41,825 bases of DNA from a virus. The stretch lies in the IMG/VR virus record IMGVR_UViG_3300045974_000095, positions 1 to 41,825 of that record; one strand, written 5' to 3'. Below, piece after piece: positions 15,715 through 24,777 of this stretch; within the stretch, counting starts at the first letter, position 1, and every line of letters starts with the position of its first letter. The position numbers and the translations under genes are program-made. Below the pieces are notes generated by a model, which saw only the letters and a list, made by a program, of their open reading frames with translations, was not told where the DNA came from and did no database searches.

Positions 15715-16716
15715 TTACTCCTCGATCCCTGCTTCCTTCAGGTAGTCCGTGTGCGACTTGCGGGGGCCTGCGGCGGGGCTCGTCGGGTCCAGCCCGGGGA
15801 CAAGGTCGCTGCCCTGCATCCGGTTGATGTACTCGTTGCGGATCACGTTGGGCTGGCCTGCCGACAGGGAGCGCACGTTGTTCTCGAGGTCGGCCTGCAT
15901 CTTCTTCACCCCGAGCGCCACCGCACCCGGGGGCGACCAGGGCGAGATGCCGTACTGCCTCTGCATGTCCTTGACCATCGCGGTCGTGTACCGCTTGCCG
16001 TGCTTCATCACCGTCAGGTTGGTGGCGAGGCGGCGGGCAATCTGCCGGTTCTCGATACCCTCGTCCCCACCGCCGATGGCCTGCCCCACGACGGGCATGT
16101 CCAGCAGCACGTCGGGGATCCAGGCGTTCAGTGGGGACATGCCTGGGATCTTGCCACCCTTGCGCTGCGCCTCCTCCACGCTGGCCCCCAGTCGGTCCAG
16201 GTCGTCCTTGGCCTCGACAGCGGGCTGGAGGTCCTTCTTCAACTTGTCGACGCCACGCTCCACCTGGGGGCCAGACAGCCCGCCCGTCAGGGTGTTCTTC
16301 CCCACCGAACCGGGGACCTTGGTGATCGTGCCCTTGCGCTTGTCGTGGATGTAGAGTCCGTCGGCCGCGTTGATGACCTCCGAGTCCATGACGCGACTGG
16401 CCGCGCCCTGCTGCCGGATCTGCTCGCGGGTCAGGTCGTTGCGCTCCTTCTCCGAGGCCATGCGCTCGCGGTGCTGTCGCATCTCCGCACCGTACCTCTG
16501 GTTGGCGATGCCCGCCGCCAGCATCTGCTTTTCCTGCATGTCGGCATCGGCGCCCTGCTCCCGGCCGAGGAGCTGCTGCCTCTTGCCACCGCCGGAGTTG
16601 ATGAGGCTCTCGAGCTTGTCGCGCCGAAGCTGCTGCGCCATCGCCTGTGCGATGTCCCGCGCCTGCGGGTCGCCGCTGGCGGTGAGGAGGTCGATGATGC
16701 TGGGATCTGCGGGCAT
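15715..16716 (-). CDS. Internal virion protein (hypothetical).
   Basis: The protein is 333 aa with high third-position GC. The call rests on operon position only. Confidence 0.4.
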   Translation of the reverse strand: MPADPSIIDLLTASGDPQARDIAQAMAQQLRRDKLESLINSGGGKRQQLLGREQGADADMQEKQMLAAGIANQRYGAEMRQHRERMASEKERNDLTREQIRQQGAASRVMDSEVINAADGLYIHDKRKGTITKVPGSVGKNTLTGGLSGPQVERGVDKLKKDLQPAVEAKDDLDRLGASVEEAQRKGGKIPGMSPLNAWIPDVLLDMPVVGQAIGGGDEGIENRQIARRLATNLTVMKHGKRYTTAMVKDMQRQYGISPWSPPGAVALGVKKMQADLENNVRSLSAGQPNVIRNEYINRMQGSDLVPGLDPTSPAAGPRKSHTDYLKEAGIEE

Positions 16717-16719
16717 GGA

Positions 16720-17202
16720 CTATCCTCCAAGACCGGGCAGCGGGCCCTGGGGCTGCTGGAAGGGGTTGTCCAGCGCGCTGAAGCCCCCCTGAGGGCTCTG
16801 GAATGGCGCCTGGGGGGTAGGGGCCGCGCCCCGGTTGCCGTACTCTCGCAGCAGCCTCTGCAAGATCCCGGCTTTCCAGCCCTGCTGGGACTTCGCGAGG
16901 TTGCTGTAGACGTCCACGCCCTCGGGGCGCTGCCCCGTGACGTCGTTCATCTGCTGGTTTCCGCGGTACTGCTTGATCGCGGCAGCAGCAACCTCCATCG
17001 CGTTGGGAGCCACGACGTGGTTGTCGCCGTAGCGCCGCATCTCGGGCATCGGCGTGTCGCGCAGATGCTGAGCCGCCTTGTACTGAGCGGCCAGCGGGTC
17101 GAGCTGGTCCTGTGCGAGTCCTCCCTGCGTGGCCTCCTCGAGAAGGGCCAGGAGCTCGGGCGGGATGTTCATCTGCGAGGGATCGATCGGAGGGGTTGCC
17201 AT
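16720..17202 (-). CDS. Virion-module protein (hypothetical).
   Basis: ATG 17202 lies just after the upstream stop (TGAccATG). The C-terminus is Gln/Pro-rich. Confidence 0.4.
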   Translation of the reverse strand: MATPPIDPSQMNIPPELLALLEEATQGGLAQDQLDPLAAQYKAAQHLRDTPMPEMRRYGDNHVVAPNAMEVAAAAIKQYRGNQQMNDVTGQRPEGVDVYSNLAKSQQGWKAGILQRLLREYGNRGAAPTPQAPFQSPQGGFSALDNPFQQPQGPLPGLGG

Positions 17203-17204
17203 GG

Positions 17205-18026
17205 TCAGACCCACGTTCCTGCGCTGTAGTCGTTGTTCGGCGCGGCCTTCTTGTCCCCGCCGCCCTTCTTGCCACCAGCTCCGCCGATGAGGCTACCCGC
17301 CCCGCCCTTCTTCCCCGCGTTCTGGGAGGCAGCCCTATCAGCTGCGTTGTCGCTGGCCTTCTGGGTCATGCCCGCCGCCACGAGCGGCGAGTTGAGGTTG
17401 TTCCCCTGGCCCTGCTGGAGCATCTGCATCATGGACCCGGCCTGGGTGAATGGCTGGTTCATCTGGTTCATCTGTGTCTGCTGCGTGGCGTTCCCCTGCT
17501 GGATGGAGTTCGCCATGAGGCTGTTGAACTGATCGGCCTCGCCGCGCTGGAGGTTGCCCTGTCCAGCCTGATACGCCTGCTGGCCGGGATCGAGCCCCAT
17601 GTTCGCAGCGCCGGAGTTGAAGCCCTGCCGAGCCTGGGCCTGCATCGGTGCGAGCCGGCTCCAGCCCTGGTCGAAGTTGGACTTGATGGCCTCGTTGCGG
17701 GCCTGGGTAGGATCGTAGTTCGCGGCCTTGTTCATTCCACCCTGGAGGGCGTTGAATGTGTTTCCGGCCTGCCCGGTGAATCCCAGGTTGGACGACCACT
17801 GACCATTTGCGTCCTTGCTCCAGGTCTGCCCTCCCATGGGGCCGGAGGTATTGGGGACGGCCCCGTAGAAGTTCTCCTGCGGTGGTGTCTCCTTGTCACC
17901 ACCCTTGAGCCCGCCCATCGCTCCGCCAAGGACGCCGCCTGCGGCAGCTCCCCAGGGGCCGAACATCGCGCCCGTGCTCGCGCCGCCCATCGCGCCGCTG
18001 CCTACGCCCTTCCAGTCCCAGCCCAT
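17205..18026 (-). CDS. Gly/Gln/Asn-rich low-complexity internal virion protein.
   Basis: The protein is 273 aa with Gly-rich ends (GGAMGGLKGG, GGAGGKKGGGDKK) and a Q/N-rich centre (QQTQMNQMNQPFTQAGSMMQMLQQGQGNN). Confidence 0.45.
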   Translation of the reverse strand: MGWDWKGVGSGAMGGASTGAMFGPWGAAAGGVLGGAMGGLKGGDKETPPQENFYGAVPNTSGPMGGQTWSKDANGQWSSNLGFTGQAGNTFNALQGGMNKAANYDPTQARNEAIKSNFDQGWSRLAPMQAQARQGFNSGAANMGLDPGQQAYQAGQGNLQRGEADQFNSLMANSIQQGNATQQTQMNQMNQPFTQAGSMMQMLQQGQGNNLNSPLVAAGMTQKASDNAADRAASQNAGKKGGAGSLIGGAGGKKGGGDKKAAPNNDYSAGTWV

Positions 18027-18027
18027 C

Positions 18028-18444
18028 TCACGCCGCCTTTCGCTGCTGGATCCACCGGCAGTCTTCCCGGCGCATCTCGTAGATCATCTGGTCCACGCCA
18101 CCACCGAAGCAGTTCTTGATTCTGTAGACTTCCTTGAAGCCAACGTGCTCGGTCAGCTTGATGGACTTCACGTTGTCGCCACGAATGGCGCAGAGCGCAA
18201 TCCCCAGGTTGAGCTGGAGGAATGGGTACTCGAAGGCGGGGCGCAGAAGATGCTTCAGCGCGATGGGCGTGTCCAGCGCAACGTGCATGACGACCGCGTT
18301 GGGGGTCCAGCCATCGTACCCGAACATCCCGTGTACGGTGGTCTGGTCCACCGCCTCGATGGCCTTGAACAGCGGGGAGGGGTAGACCCCGGCCCGGTCG
18401 ACCAGATACTGGAAGTGCTCTGTGGGGGCCGCGCGAACGATCAC
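18028..18444 (-). CDS. GNAT-fold acetyltransferase-like protein inside the tail/ejection module.
   Basis: NVKSIKLTEHVGFKEVYRIKNCFGGGVDQMIYEMRREDC is a typical GNAT C-terminal beta-alpha-beta pattern. It overlaps the upstream gene by 4 nt. Confidence 0.5.
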   Translation of the reverse strand: MIVRAAPTEHFQYLVDRAGVYPSPLFKAIEAVDQTTVHGMFGYDGWTPNAVVMHVALDTPIALKHLLRPAFEYPFLQLNLGIALCAIRGDNVKSIKLTEHVGFKEVYRIKNCFGGGVDQMIYEMRREDCRWIQQRKAA

Positions 18445-20225
18445 AGGATGCCTCCCTGATCGAAAGCGATGTCGAAGCCCACGAGCGTGGTCGTCACGGC
18501 GGCGGAACCCTTCAGGATGATGGCGGCGTGCGTCCCCATGCCAGATGCACCGTAGAACGCTCCCGCCTTGTCGATCCCGTCATCCCACTTGCTCTTGTCC
18601 CAAGTGCCCTGGTTCCACACCGACGTCTCGAGAAGGTCGGCAGGAATGGGAGTGGCGTCGACGGCGGTGATGTCGAAGTCCCACCGGCTCTGGACTTCGT
18701 ACCCGGGCACCGTGCCGTCTGTCATGAACAGGGGCTTCGCCATGTGCAGTCGCTTCTTGCGTGCGGATCCCATGTTGCTGAAAGAACTCAGCAGCGAGAA
18801 GTCGATCGGCCACGAGGTGGCGTTGTCCAGGGTCAGTCCGTCGACCGTGCCGTCGTTGATGCAGACCCGCGAGTCCGCGGTGCCGAAGTAGAGCTTTCCG
18901 CGCCACGTCTCCATGGTCGTCATGGGGATGCCCGTGGCCCGGGACCAACCCTTGGACGCCATGCTCATGAGGAGCTGCTCCTGCACCTTCCCGGGCGTGG
19001 CCGGAACCATGATCACGAGCAGGTTGTCGGTGGGATGCATATTGATCTCCCACCCAGGATACAGCCCACGCTCCGTCATGAACACGTTGAACAGGTTGGC
19101 GATCTTGCCAGTCGCGTAGATGTTAGGGTCTCGGATCATGTAGCCCGCGACCAACTTGGACAGCGGCACGCAGCCGATGAGCGCCAGGATGAAGAGGTCT
19201 CCACCGAACTGCGAGGCGATCTTGCGCCCCGGCGGAACGGGGCCCACCCACCAGACGCCCTTGAGCCCGAAAGCTCCCGGCAGCGCGGGGTCGGTGCCCG
19301 TGTAGATCACCACGTCCCCGGCGCTGGAGATGCCCACGAGGTGGTCGTCGATTCCGACGCCGCCGTCGACGGTCCAGTTCCATAGCCCGACGAGGTTGCC
19401 GCCGTAGCGGAACCTCGAGCCGAAGTTGATGGTGCCGCCCGCCTCGACATCGTTGTTGTCCACGACTCCGGCGAACTGGCCCACCGGAAGGTAGACTGCC
19501 GTGGCGGAGCTGGCGGTGGCGAACCAGAGCCTGTTCTTCCAAGCCATGACGAATCTGAAGGACGCGGGGTTGGCACCCTTGATGGATACGCCGTCGATGC
19601 CGCTGCCCTCGACGATCTTGGTCCAGGTCTGGGTGCTCTCCCGGTACAGGATGTATCCGTTGGCTTCGTCGGTGTAGGCGTAGAAGTGCTCGCCCGCGAC
19701 GTTGGTGAATGCCGTGCCGATGCCCTTGCCGGAGTACAGGTTCTGCTCCTCGAAGGTGTAGACCTGTACCGGGGACGAAGTCGGCTTCGACACGTCCCAG
19801 ATACCTTCCTTCGTACAGGCGAACAGGCGGTCCTGCAGACCCCGATCGTCGCTGCCGGAGAAGGACAAAATGCTACGGACGCCGGGGTTGCCCGTACCGG
19901 TCCACGCACCGATGCGAGCGCCGCCCAAGATCCCCGCCAGCTTGAACATCATTGGCGACGAATCTTGGTACAGGTCTGGGATGGGAACTGGGGTGCCGAC
20001 GCTGGTGGCCTGCTCGTGCCAGCCCGAGCGCGTACGGAGCCCGTACTGGAAGGGAATCATGTTGTACAGATACAGGCAGTCGGAGGGGTCCATCTTGGAC
20101 GCCACATCGACGGTGTTGATTCCGCCCACGGGGGCTGGCAGATGAAAGGCGTTCGTGTTCTGCTTCTGCGGCACGCCCATCATGCCGGAAAGCGGTCGTG
20201 GCCAGGATGCCTGCCGCCGCGCCAT
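18441..20225 (-). CDS. Tail tubular protein B / nozzle-like protein.
   Basis: The protein is 594 aa. The N-terminal PAPVGGINTVDVASKMDPSDCLYLYNMIPFQYGLRTRSGW resembles podoviral gp12-like nozzle proteins. It follows the adaptor-like gene. Confidence 0.5.
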   Translation of the reverse strand: MARRQASWPRPLSGMMGVPQKQNTNAFHLPAPVGGINTVDVASKMDPSDCLYLYNMIPFQYGLRTRSGWHEQATSVGTPVPIPDLYQDSSPMMFKLAGILGGARIGAWTGTGNPGVRSILSFSGSDDRGLQDRLFACTKEGIWDVSKPTSSPVQVYTFEEQNLYSGKGIGTAFTNVAGEHFYAYTDEANGYILYRESTQTWTKIVEGSGIDGVSIKGANPASFRFVMAWKNRLWFATASSATAVYLPVGQFAGVVDNNDVEAGGTINFGSRFRYGGNLVGLWNWTVDGGVGIDDHLVGISSAGDVVIYTGTDPALPGAFGLKGVWWVGPVPPGRKIASQFGGDLFILALIGCVPLSKLVAGYMIRDPNIYATGKIANLFNVFMTERGLYPGWEINMHPTDNLLVIMVPATPGKVQEQLLMSMASKGWSRATGIPMTTMETWRGKLYFGTADSRVCINDGTVDGLTLDNATSWPIDFSLLSSFSNMGSARKKRLHMAKPLFMTDGTVPGYEVQSRWDFDITAVDATPIPADLLETSVWNQGTWDKSKWDDGIDKAGAFYGASGMGTHAAIILKGSAAVTTTLVGFDIAFDQGGIL

Positions 20226-20228
20226 CGT

Positions 20229-20966
20229 CTAGCTCCCGTACCCCGTGATGGGGATCGACTGCCCGCCGATGAGCGGGTCGACGATTCCGATGGGCCCACC
20301 GCGCGTCGCGTTGAGCTTGGGGCTCCAGGCGTCGGTGCCCTTGATGGCCTCCAGCGTGTTGATGTATTCGAACTTCGCAGCCGAGGTGTCGAAGCCCTTG
20401 GCCTGGAGCATCTTGAACTTGAGGCCCTGCGTCAGCAGGAGCTCGTCGAACCAGACGAGGTCGTCGCTGTTGCGCGGGGCGTCGTACGCGAGTACGGCGG
20501 GCGTCGCTGCGCTGGACACCCAATACTTCGTCTCGTACTCGAAGGCGATCTGGTATCCGCCCGGGGTATTGACGTCGGGGTAGAGCTCGATCTGGCCGTC
20601 CTGCGGGCGGAACAGCACGTTGAAGACCACGCCCACCAGTCGTGCCTTGAGGTACTGCCACTCTTGGGGGGACAACGGTCCGCCCACCGGGAGGCGGTTG
20701 GTGCGGTTCCACCACGTCTGGTCCAGCATCCTGCGGAAGTCGGTGGGGAGCGAGTAGTTCGGCGTGCCCTGGACGGTCGTGAAAAGATGCGTCTTGAGGA
20801 GGTATGTCCAGTTCCTCGAGAGCACCAGTTCACGGCCCAGGGACTTCAGAAGCTGGCACATCTGCACGATGTTGGGGTCGTTCGACGCGTACGGATCGGC
20901 ATTGGCGTTGAGGCCAATCTCGACCGCTGCGTCGCTGACGATCTTCCCTGCGGTGGGCCAGCTCAT
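20229..20966 (-). CDS. Tail tubular protein A / head-tail adaptor-like protein.
   Basis: The protein is 245 aa with the pattern NYSLPTDFRRMLDQTWWNRTNRLPVGGPLSPQEWQYLK. The call also rests on its position between the head and nozzle genes. Confidence 0.45.
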   Translation of the reverse strand: MSWPTAGKIVSDAAVEIGLNANADPYASNDPNIVQMCQLLKSLGRELVLSRNWTYLLKTHLFTTVQGTPNYSLPTDFRRMLDQTWWNRTNRLPVGGPLSPQEWQYLKARLVGVVFNVLFRPQDGQIELYPDVNTPGGYQIAFEYETKYWVSSAATPAVLAYDAPRNSDDLVWFDELLLTQGLKFKMLQAKGFDTSAAKFEYINTLEAIKGTDAWSPKLNATRGGPIGIVDPLIGGQSIPITGYGS

Positions 20967-20975
20967 GAACTCCTC

Positions 20976-21548
20976 CTACTTCCGCTTGGTGAGCTCTTCG
21001 ATCTTCTTTCCCTGGTCGTCCAGGGCCTTCTGCAGCGTGGCGATGGTGGTGTCCCGCTTCTCGAGCTCGGCCTGGAGCTTCAGCGCGGGGGCGGCTCCGG
21101 CGGCGGCAGCGAGGAAGTCGCCCACCTGCTTCTTCAGCAGGTTGATCCCCATGAACTGCTGGGACAGCACGTCGCTCATGTCGCGGAGCTGCTCGGCGGT
21201 CTTGACGTTGACGGCGTTGAGCTCGGCGACCTGGACCTTGGTGAGGAACGGCAGCGAGGCCAGGGGCGTGCCCTCGGTGGGCTGCTCCATCCCGGCCTTG
21301 AAGGCGTTGTACTGAACCGAGAACTCCTGCTTGTCCACGTTGCGAACCGGGCGCGAGATGAAGTCGCGGTCACCGGGCACCATGATGGTGATGAACTCCT
21401 CGTCCTTGAAGATGGGCCTTCCGGCCTCGTTGCTCTTCTCGGTGTCCTGGATGGCCTCGAGGGAGAACTTCACGTAGACGCGGGAATCCTGGCCCTTCGA
21501 GCCCATTCCCGGGGCGGCGTAGTCGGCTGCGGTGGCAATCTGCGGCAT
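20976..21548 (-). CDS. Conserved virion-module protein of unknown function.
   Basis: The protein is 190 aa. Motifs are EAGRPIFKDEEFITIMVPGDRDFISRPV and GTPLASLPFLTKVQVAELNAVNVKTAEQLRDMSD, with a C-terminal coiled coil. Confidence 0.4.
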   Translation of the reverse strand: MPQIATAADYAAPGMGSKGQDSRVYVKFSLEAIQDTEKSNEAGRPIFKDEEFITIMVPGDRDFISRPVRNVDKQEFSVQYNAFKAGMEQPTEGTPLASLPFLTKVQVAELNAVNVKTAEQLRDMSDVLSQQFMGINLLKKQVGDFLAAAAGAAPALKLQAELEKRDTTIATLQKALDDQGKKIEELTKRK

Positions 21549-21576
21549 TGGTATCTCCTAGATCTTTTACGGAAAT

Positions 21577-21605
21577 GCCCGCCCCAGGACCATCCCAGGG
21601 CGGGC
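21577..21605 (-). terminator. Hairpin after the capsid/decoration genes (possible attenuator or mRNA stabiliser).
   Basis: GCCCGCCC-N13-GGGCGGGC lies immediately downstream of the stop at 21620 on the minus strand. There is only a weak U-tract. Confidence 0.3.
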
Positions 21606-21619
21606 TCCCGTTCGTGGGA

Positions 21620-22150
21620 CTACGCGTTGTCGGCGTCGGTGCTGGCCGGGTACGACAGGGTGATCATCGCGAGGCCCGCGGAGGGCGTGCCGTCGGCGGT
21701 GGCGAACATCGCCCCCACCACGAAGTCGCCGGCCACGATGGCGTCGTCCACCGTTCCCGCCGTGGCGGTGAGGTAGACCTGCGCGTTCGCGACGACGGTG
21801 GCCGCCTTCACGGGAACGGTCCCGTAGACGGCGTACCAGCCCCACTGATTCGCCACGTTGGCGGACATCGCCACGCCGAGGCGACCCTTGGTGCGAGCGG
21901 CGGCGACGCGGGCGGTGGTGCCGTCGCCGTTGAGGACGCAGAGGTCCCCGACGACGGTGGACGCCACGCCCTTGGCGTAGATGAACTCGGCCTCGCCGTA
22001 GGTCGGGTCGATCGCGCGGACGCGGGACCCGGTGGCGAGACGCTGGACGGTGGAGGTCTCCTCGATGTTCTGCCCGCCGGAGGCGAAGGCCGTCTGGCCC
22101 GTGCCGCCCATGAGCTTCCCACCGATGCTGTCGAAGATGACGTATGCCAT
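21620..22150 (-). CDS. Head decoration / cement-like protein (DUF2190-like).
   Basis: The protein is 176 aa and Gly/Ala/Val-rich beta (GDLCVLNGDGTTARVAAARTKGRLGVAMSANVANQWGWYAVYGTVPVKA). It lies directly after the major capsid gene. Confidence 0.45.
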   Translation of the reverse strand: MAYVIFDSIGGKLMGGTGQTAFASGGQNIEETSTVQRLATGSRVRAIDPTYGEAEFIYAKGVASTVVGDLCVLNGDGTTARVAAARTKGRLGVAMSANVANQWGWYAVYGTVPVKAATVVANAQVYLTATAGTVDDAIVAGDFVVGAMFATADGTPSAGLAMITLSYPASTDADNA

Positions 22151-22174
22151 GGTCGTTTTCCTTTCAGTCCGGGA

Positions 22175-23170
22175 CTAGGTCGTGAAGACGCGGCCCTGGA
22201 ACTGCGCCCCGTTGCAGGTCAGGTTTCCGGCCCAGGCCAGGATCGCGACCTCGGCGTCCTGGTTGACCGCGTACCGGCGGTTCGGGGACAGCGACACCAT
22301 GTTGCGGTCCTTGTGGGGGCGGAGGCGGATGTACTTCGTGTTGAGGAAGAACATCGTGCCGCCCGTGGTCGAGTTCGTGTAGATGAACCCGCCGATGCCG
22401 CCGTCGAGCACGACGTCGGCGTCCATGAACTTCACCGAGGGGAAGCCCAGGTTCGCCGAGTTCGGATCGGTGAAGCGCTGGATGGCCTGGAGCGACTGCA
22501 TGTAGATCGCCCAGTAGTTGTTGTCGGCGATGACCAGGTCGGGCCGGTCGGAACCGCGGACCAGCTTCGCCCAGGTGCCGTTCATCGTCTGCTGGATGTT
22601 GGCGGCGGTCGGGAGGGTGATGGACCCGCTCGAGTAGTTCCGCCAGAACGCCCACGTCGTGCGGGAGATGCCCGCGTAGGTGGAGGTCTGGGACGCGGTG
22701 ACGGTGGACTCCACCGCAGCGTCGAGGCCCGTGAGGGTCTTGCCGCCGTAGGTGGTCCCGGCCGAGTACACGCCCTCGGCCATCAGGTTGGCCATCGTTG
22801 CCTCGGCCACGCCGATGCGGGCCTCCATCAGGTCGATCTGCTGCTCGCGACCCGAGTTCTGGAGCTGCTCGAGGCCGGAGATGACCACCGGGCACGCGAG
22901 CTGCTTGAAGTTGAACTGCGCGGCCGAGATGACGTCCTGCGCCGCGACGGGCAGCAGGTCGTACCCCGAGTACCAGCCGCCGTTCCCGTTCTGCTGGAAG
23001 CTGAGCTCCTCGAGGATCACCGAGCCGCCGGAGACGGTCTTGATGTTGCCCCGCTGATTCAGCCGCGCGAGCAGCGCGTTGTTCTTGGTGACGTTGTCCG
23101 CGATCTTCCTGCTGCGGCTCTCGATCGTGGTCGAGATGATGTCCGTGTAGGACGTGTTGGCGAATGCCAC
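22175..23170 (-). CDS. Major capsid protein (HK97 fold).
   Basis: KNNALLARLNQRGNIKTVSGGSVILEELSFQQNGNGGWYSGYDLLPVAAQDVISAAQFNFKQLACPVVISGLEQLQNSGREQQIDLMEARI is a typical podoviral capsid family pattern. It follows the scaffold gene. Confidence 0.85.
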   Translation of the reverse strand: MAFANTSYTDIISTTIESRSRKIADNVTKNNALLARLNQRGNIKTVSGGSVILEELSFQQNGNGGWYSGYDLLPVAAQDVISAAQFNFKQLACPVVISGLEQLQNSGREQQIDLMEARIGVAEATMANLMAEGVYSAGTTYGGKTLTGLDAAVESTVTASQTSTYAGISRTTWAFWRNYSSGSITLPTAANIQQTMNGTWAKLVRGSDRPDLVIADNNYWAIYMQSLQAIQRFTDPNSANLGFPSVKFMDADVVLDGGIGGFIYTNSTTGGTMFFLNTKYIRLRPHKDRNMVSLSPNRRYAVNQDAEVAILAWAGNLTCNGAQFQGRVFTT

Positions 23171-23274
23171 GGTTTACTCCTTTGGGATGTGAGGTTGACT
23201 GCGCTGGTTAGCGTGGACGGCCCAGCCGTTCGCCTTCACTTCCGCGCCGATGAGCCCGTAGGCTTCGTCGCACT

Positions 23275-24426
23275 TCACCTGGCACTCCGACTCATCGCAG
23301 CTTCCAGGAGGCTGCGAATGTCATCCGACTGGGCTCCCTCGAGACTGAGAGCTGCCGGTTCCGCCTTGACGCTGCTTGCCGCTGCTCTTGCTCGCTGCGT
23401 GGACCCGTTGGGGTTCGCTGCGGACTGTGCTTCCCTGCGCTGGGTGAGGACCTCCGAAACCTGAGGATTCGCCCAGATAGCCTTATTGTACGCGTCTTTC
23501 GCGCTGATTGCAACCCCCTTTTTTGCATAGATGTCGAGGATGTCGGCCATGTCATCCTTGACGTCCATGAAGAACTCGAGGCCTTCCACCTCGGTCAGTC
23601 CAGCCCGCGCCTGCTCCATGGCGGACTGTTCGCGCTGGTACTTCGCCTGCTCCACCTGCTGGAGCAACTGATCCACTCGGGGGTCCTGGTAGACCGGCGG
23701 CTGGCCGGGCTGGCCCTGGACTGGCGCTCCTCGCAAGTGCCCGTCGATCTGCTCGACGTCCACCCCGTAGTGCGTGATCAGGTTTGCGACCACCGCAGCC
23801 TTCGCACCCGGCGCTCCGCTGGTGAGCGTTGCCACGCTCTGGAACAGCGAGTTGATCGCCGTGTACGGGTCGACGTTCTGCGCCCGCAGCATCGGCTCGT
23901 ACGGAGCCACCACGTCGCGAAGCCGCTGGTAGTTCTGCCGCGCTTCGGAAGACTCCTGCATCGCGATGTTCACGTCCTTCTCGCGGCGCAGAACTTCCTG
24001 CTGGATCTCTGCCGGGATGCTGGCCCACTTCTCCCTGGCGATGGGCTTCCAGGACTGCGGGGCCTTGGCCTGCTCAGCGCCCGCCTGAGGGGCAGCGGGG
24101 GGTACCGGGCCACCAGGGGGCACCGGGGCGGTCTTGGGGGCTGTGACGGGCTCTGAGGGCGTTACAGGGGCCTTCTCCGAGGTGGGCGCGGGCGGGGCCG
24201 GCTCGCCAGCCTTGGCAAAGCGCCCCTTCTCGTCCCGCGCCCTGGCGGCGGTCTGCTCCGCCGTCTCGACCACCGGCTCTGCGGGGGTCTCGGGAGTTAC
24301 GTCCGGAGCAGGCGGAGTCGGCTCCGCCGAGGGGGGTGATGGAGTTACCGACTCCGCCTGCTCGAACGCCGCGGAAAGATCGCTGCGAAGGTCACTTTCC
24401 TGCGGAACTTCTGTGTCAGCTGCCAT
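23275..24426 (-). CDS. Scaffolding protein.
   Basis: The protein is 383 aa with a Pro/Ala/Glu-rich N-terminal half and a helical C-terminal half. It lies between the portal and capsid genes. Confidence 0.6.
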   Translation of the reverse strand: MAADTEVPQESDLRSDLSAAFEQAESVTPSPPSAEPTPPAPDVTPETPAEPVVETAEQTAARARDEKGRFAKAGEPAPPAPTSEKAPVTPSEPVTAPKTAPVPPGGPVPPAAPQAGAEQAKAPQSWKPIAREKWASIPAEIQQEVLRREKDVNIAMQESSEARQNYQRLRDVVAPYEPMLRAQNVDPYTAINSLFQSVATLTSGAPGAKAAVVANLITHYGVDVEQIDGHLRGAPVQGQPGQPPVYQDPRVDQLLQQVEQAKYQREQSAMEQARAGLTEVEGLEFFMDVKDDMADILDIYAKKGVAISAKDAYNKAIWANPQVSEVLTQRREAQSAANPNGSTQRARAAASSVKAEPAALSLEGAQSDDIRSLLEAAMSRSAR

Positions 24427-24435
24427 GGTGATCTC

Positions 24436-24777
24436 CTAGGGCTTGTGGATCTGGTGGATGGTTCGCTCGATGGCTTCACGCCGCTCACGTCTGTCGTTCT
24501 GCCCCTTCCTGATCGCTTCCCTGTTACGGGCGTCCTGGCCCCAGGTCTGCTTGAAGTCGTCGGCCATCGCGAGCCCTCGGGACTTCATGTACTCGCGGTG
24601 CTTCTTCCTCGAACCGATGTCGACGCCGTCGGTGGCGGCGGTGTTCTCGTAGAAGCGCCCTGCCAGGATTGGCGCGTGGAGGGCCTGCTTCTCCTCCAGG
24701 GCGTAGTCCAGGTCGACGACCGCCACGAATCCGAACTGCGAGGCCTTCGGGTGCCCCGGCTTGTAGACGTATCTCAC
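24436..24777 (-). CDS. Hypothetical head-module protein.
   Basis: The protein is 113 aa. The GTG start overlaps the portal stop (GTGA). The C-terminus is basic. Confidence 0.45.
   Translation of the reverse strand: MRYVYKPGHPKASQFGFVAVVDLDYALEEKQALHAPILAGRFYENTAATDGVDIGSRKKHREYMKSRGLAMADDFKQTWGQDARNREAIRKGQNDRRERREAIERTIHQIHKP

Noticed and set aside
15289-17229. A 646-aa plus-strand ORF. Similar very long ORFs occur at 13939..15135 (+), 19686..21776 (+), 21548..23464 (+), 24669..26528 (+), 15632..17275 (-) and 31616..32962 (-).
   Set aside because: They are antisense or out of frame relative to well-supported late genes. Their translations are Arg/Gly/Pro/Ala/Val/His-rich low-complexity sequence, typical of shadow ORFs in GC-rich DNA. 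They also lack RBSs and motifs.
23171-23274. An imperfect hairpin (GAACGGC-tgg-GCCGTCC on the minus strand) between the scaffold and capsid genes as a terminator.
   Set aside because: The stem has one mismatch and there is no U-tract. It may modulate mRNA stability, but the evidence is too weak to annotate.
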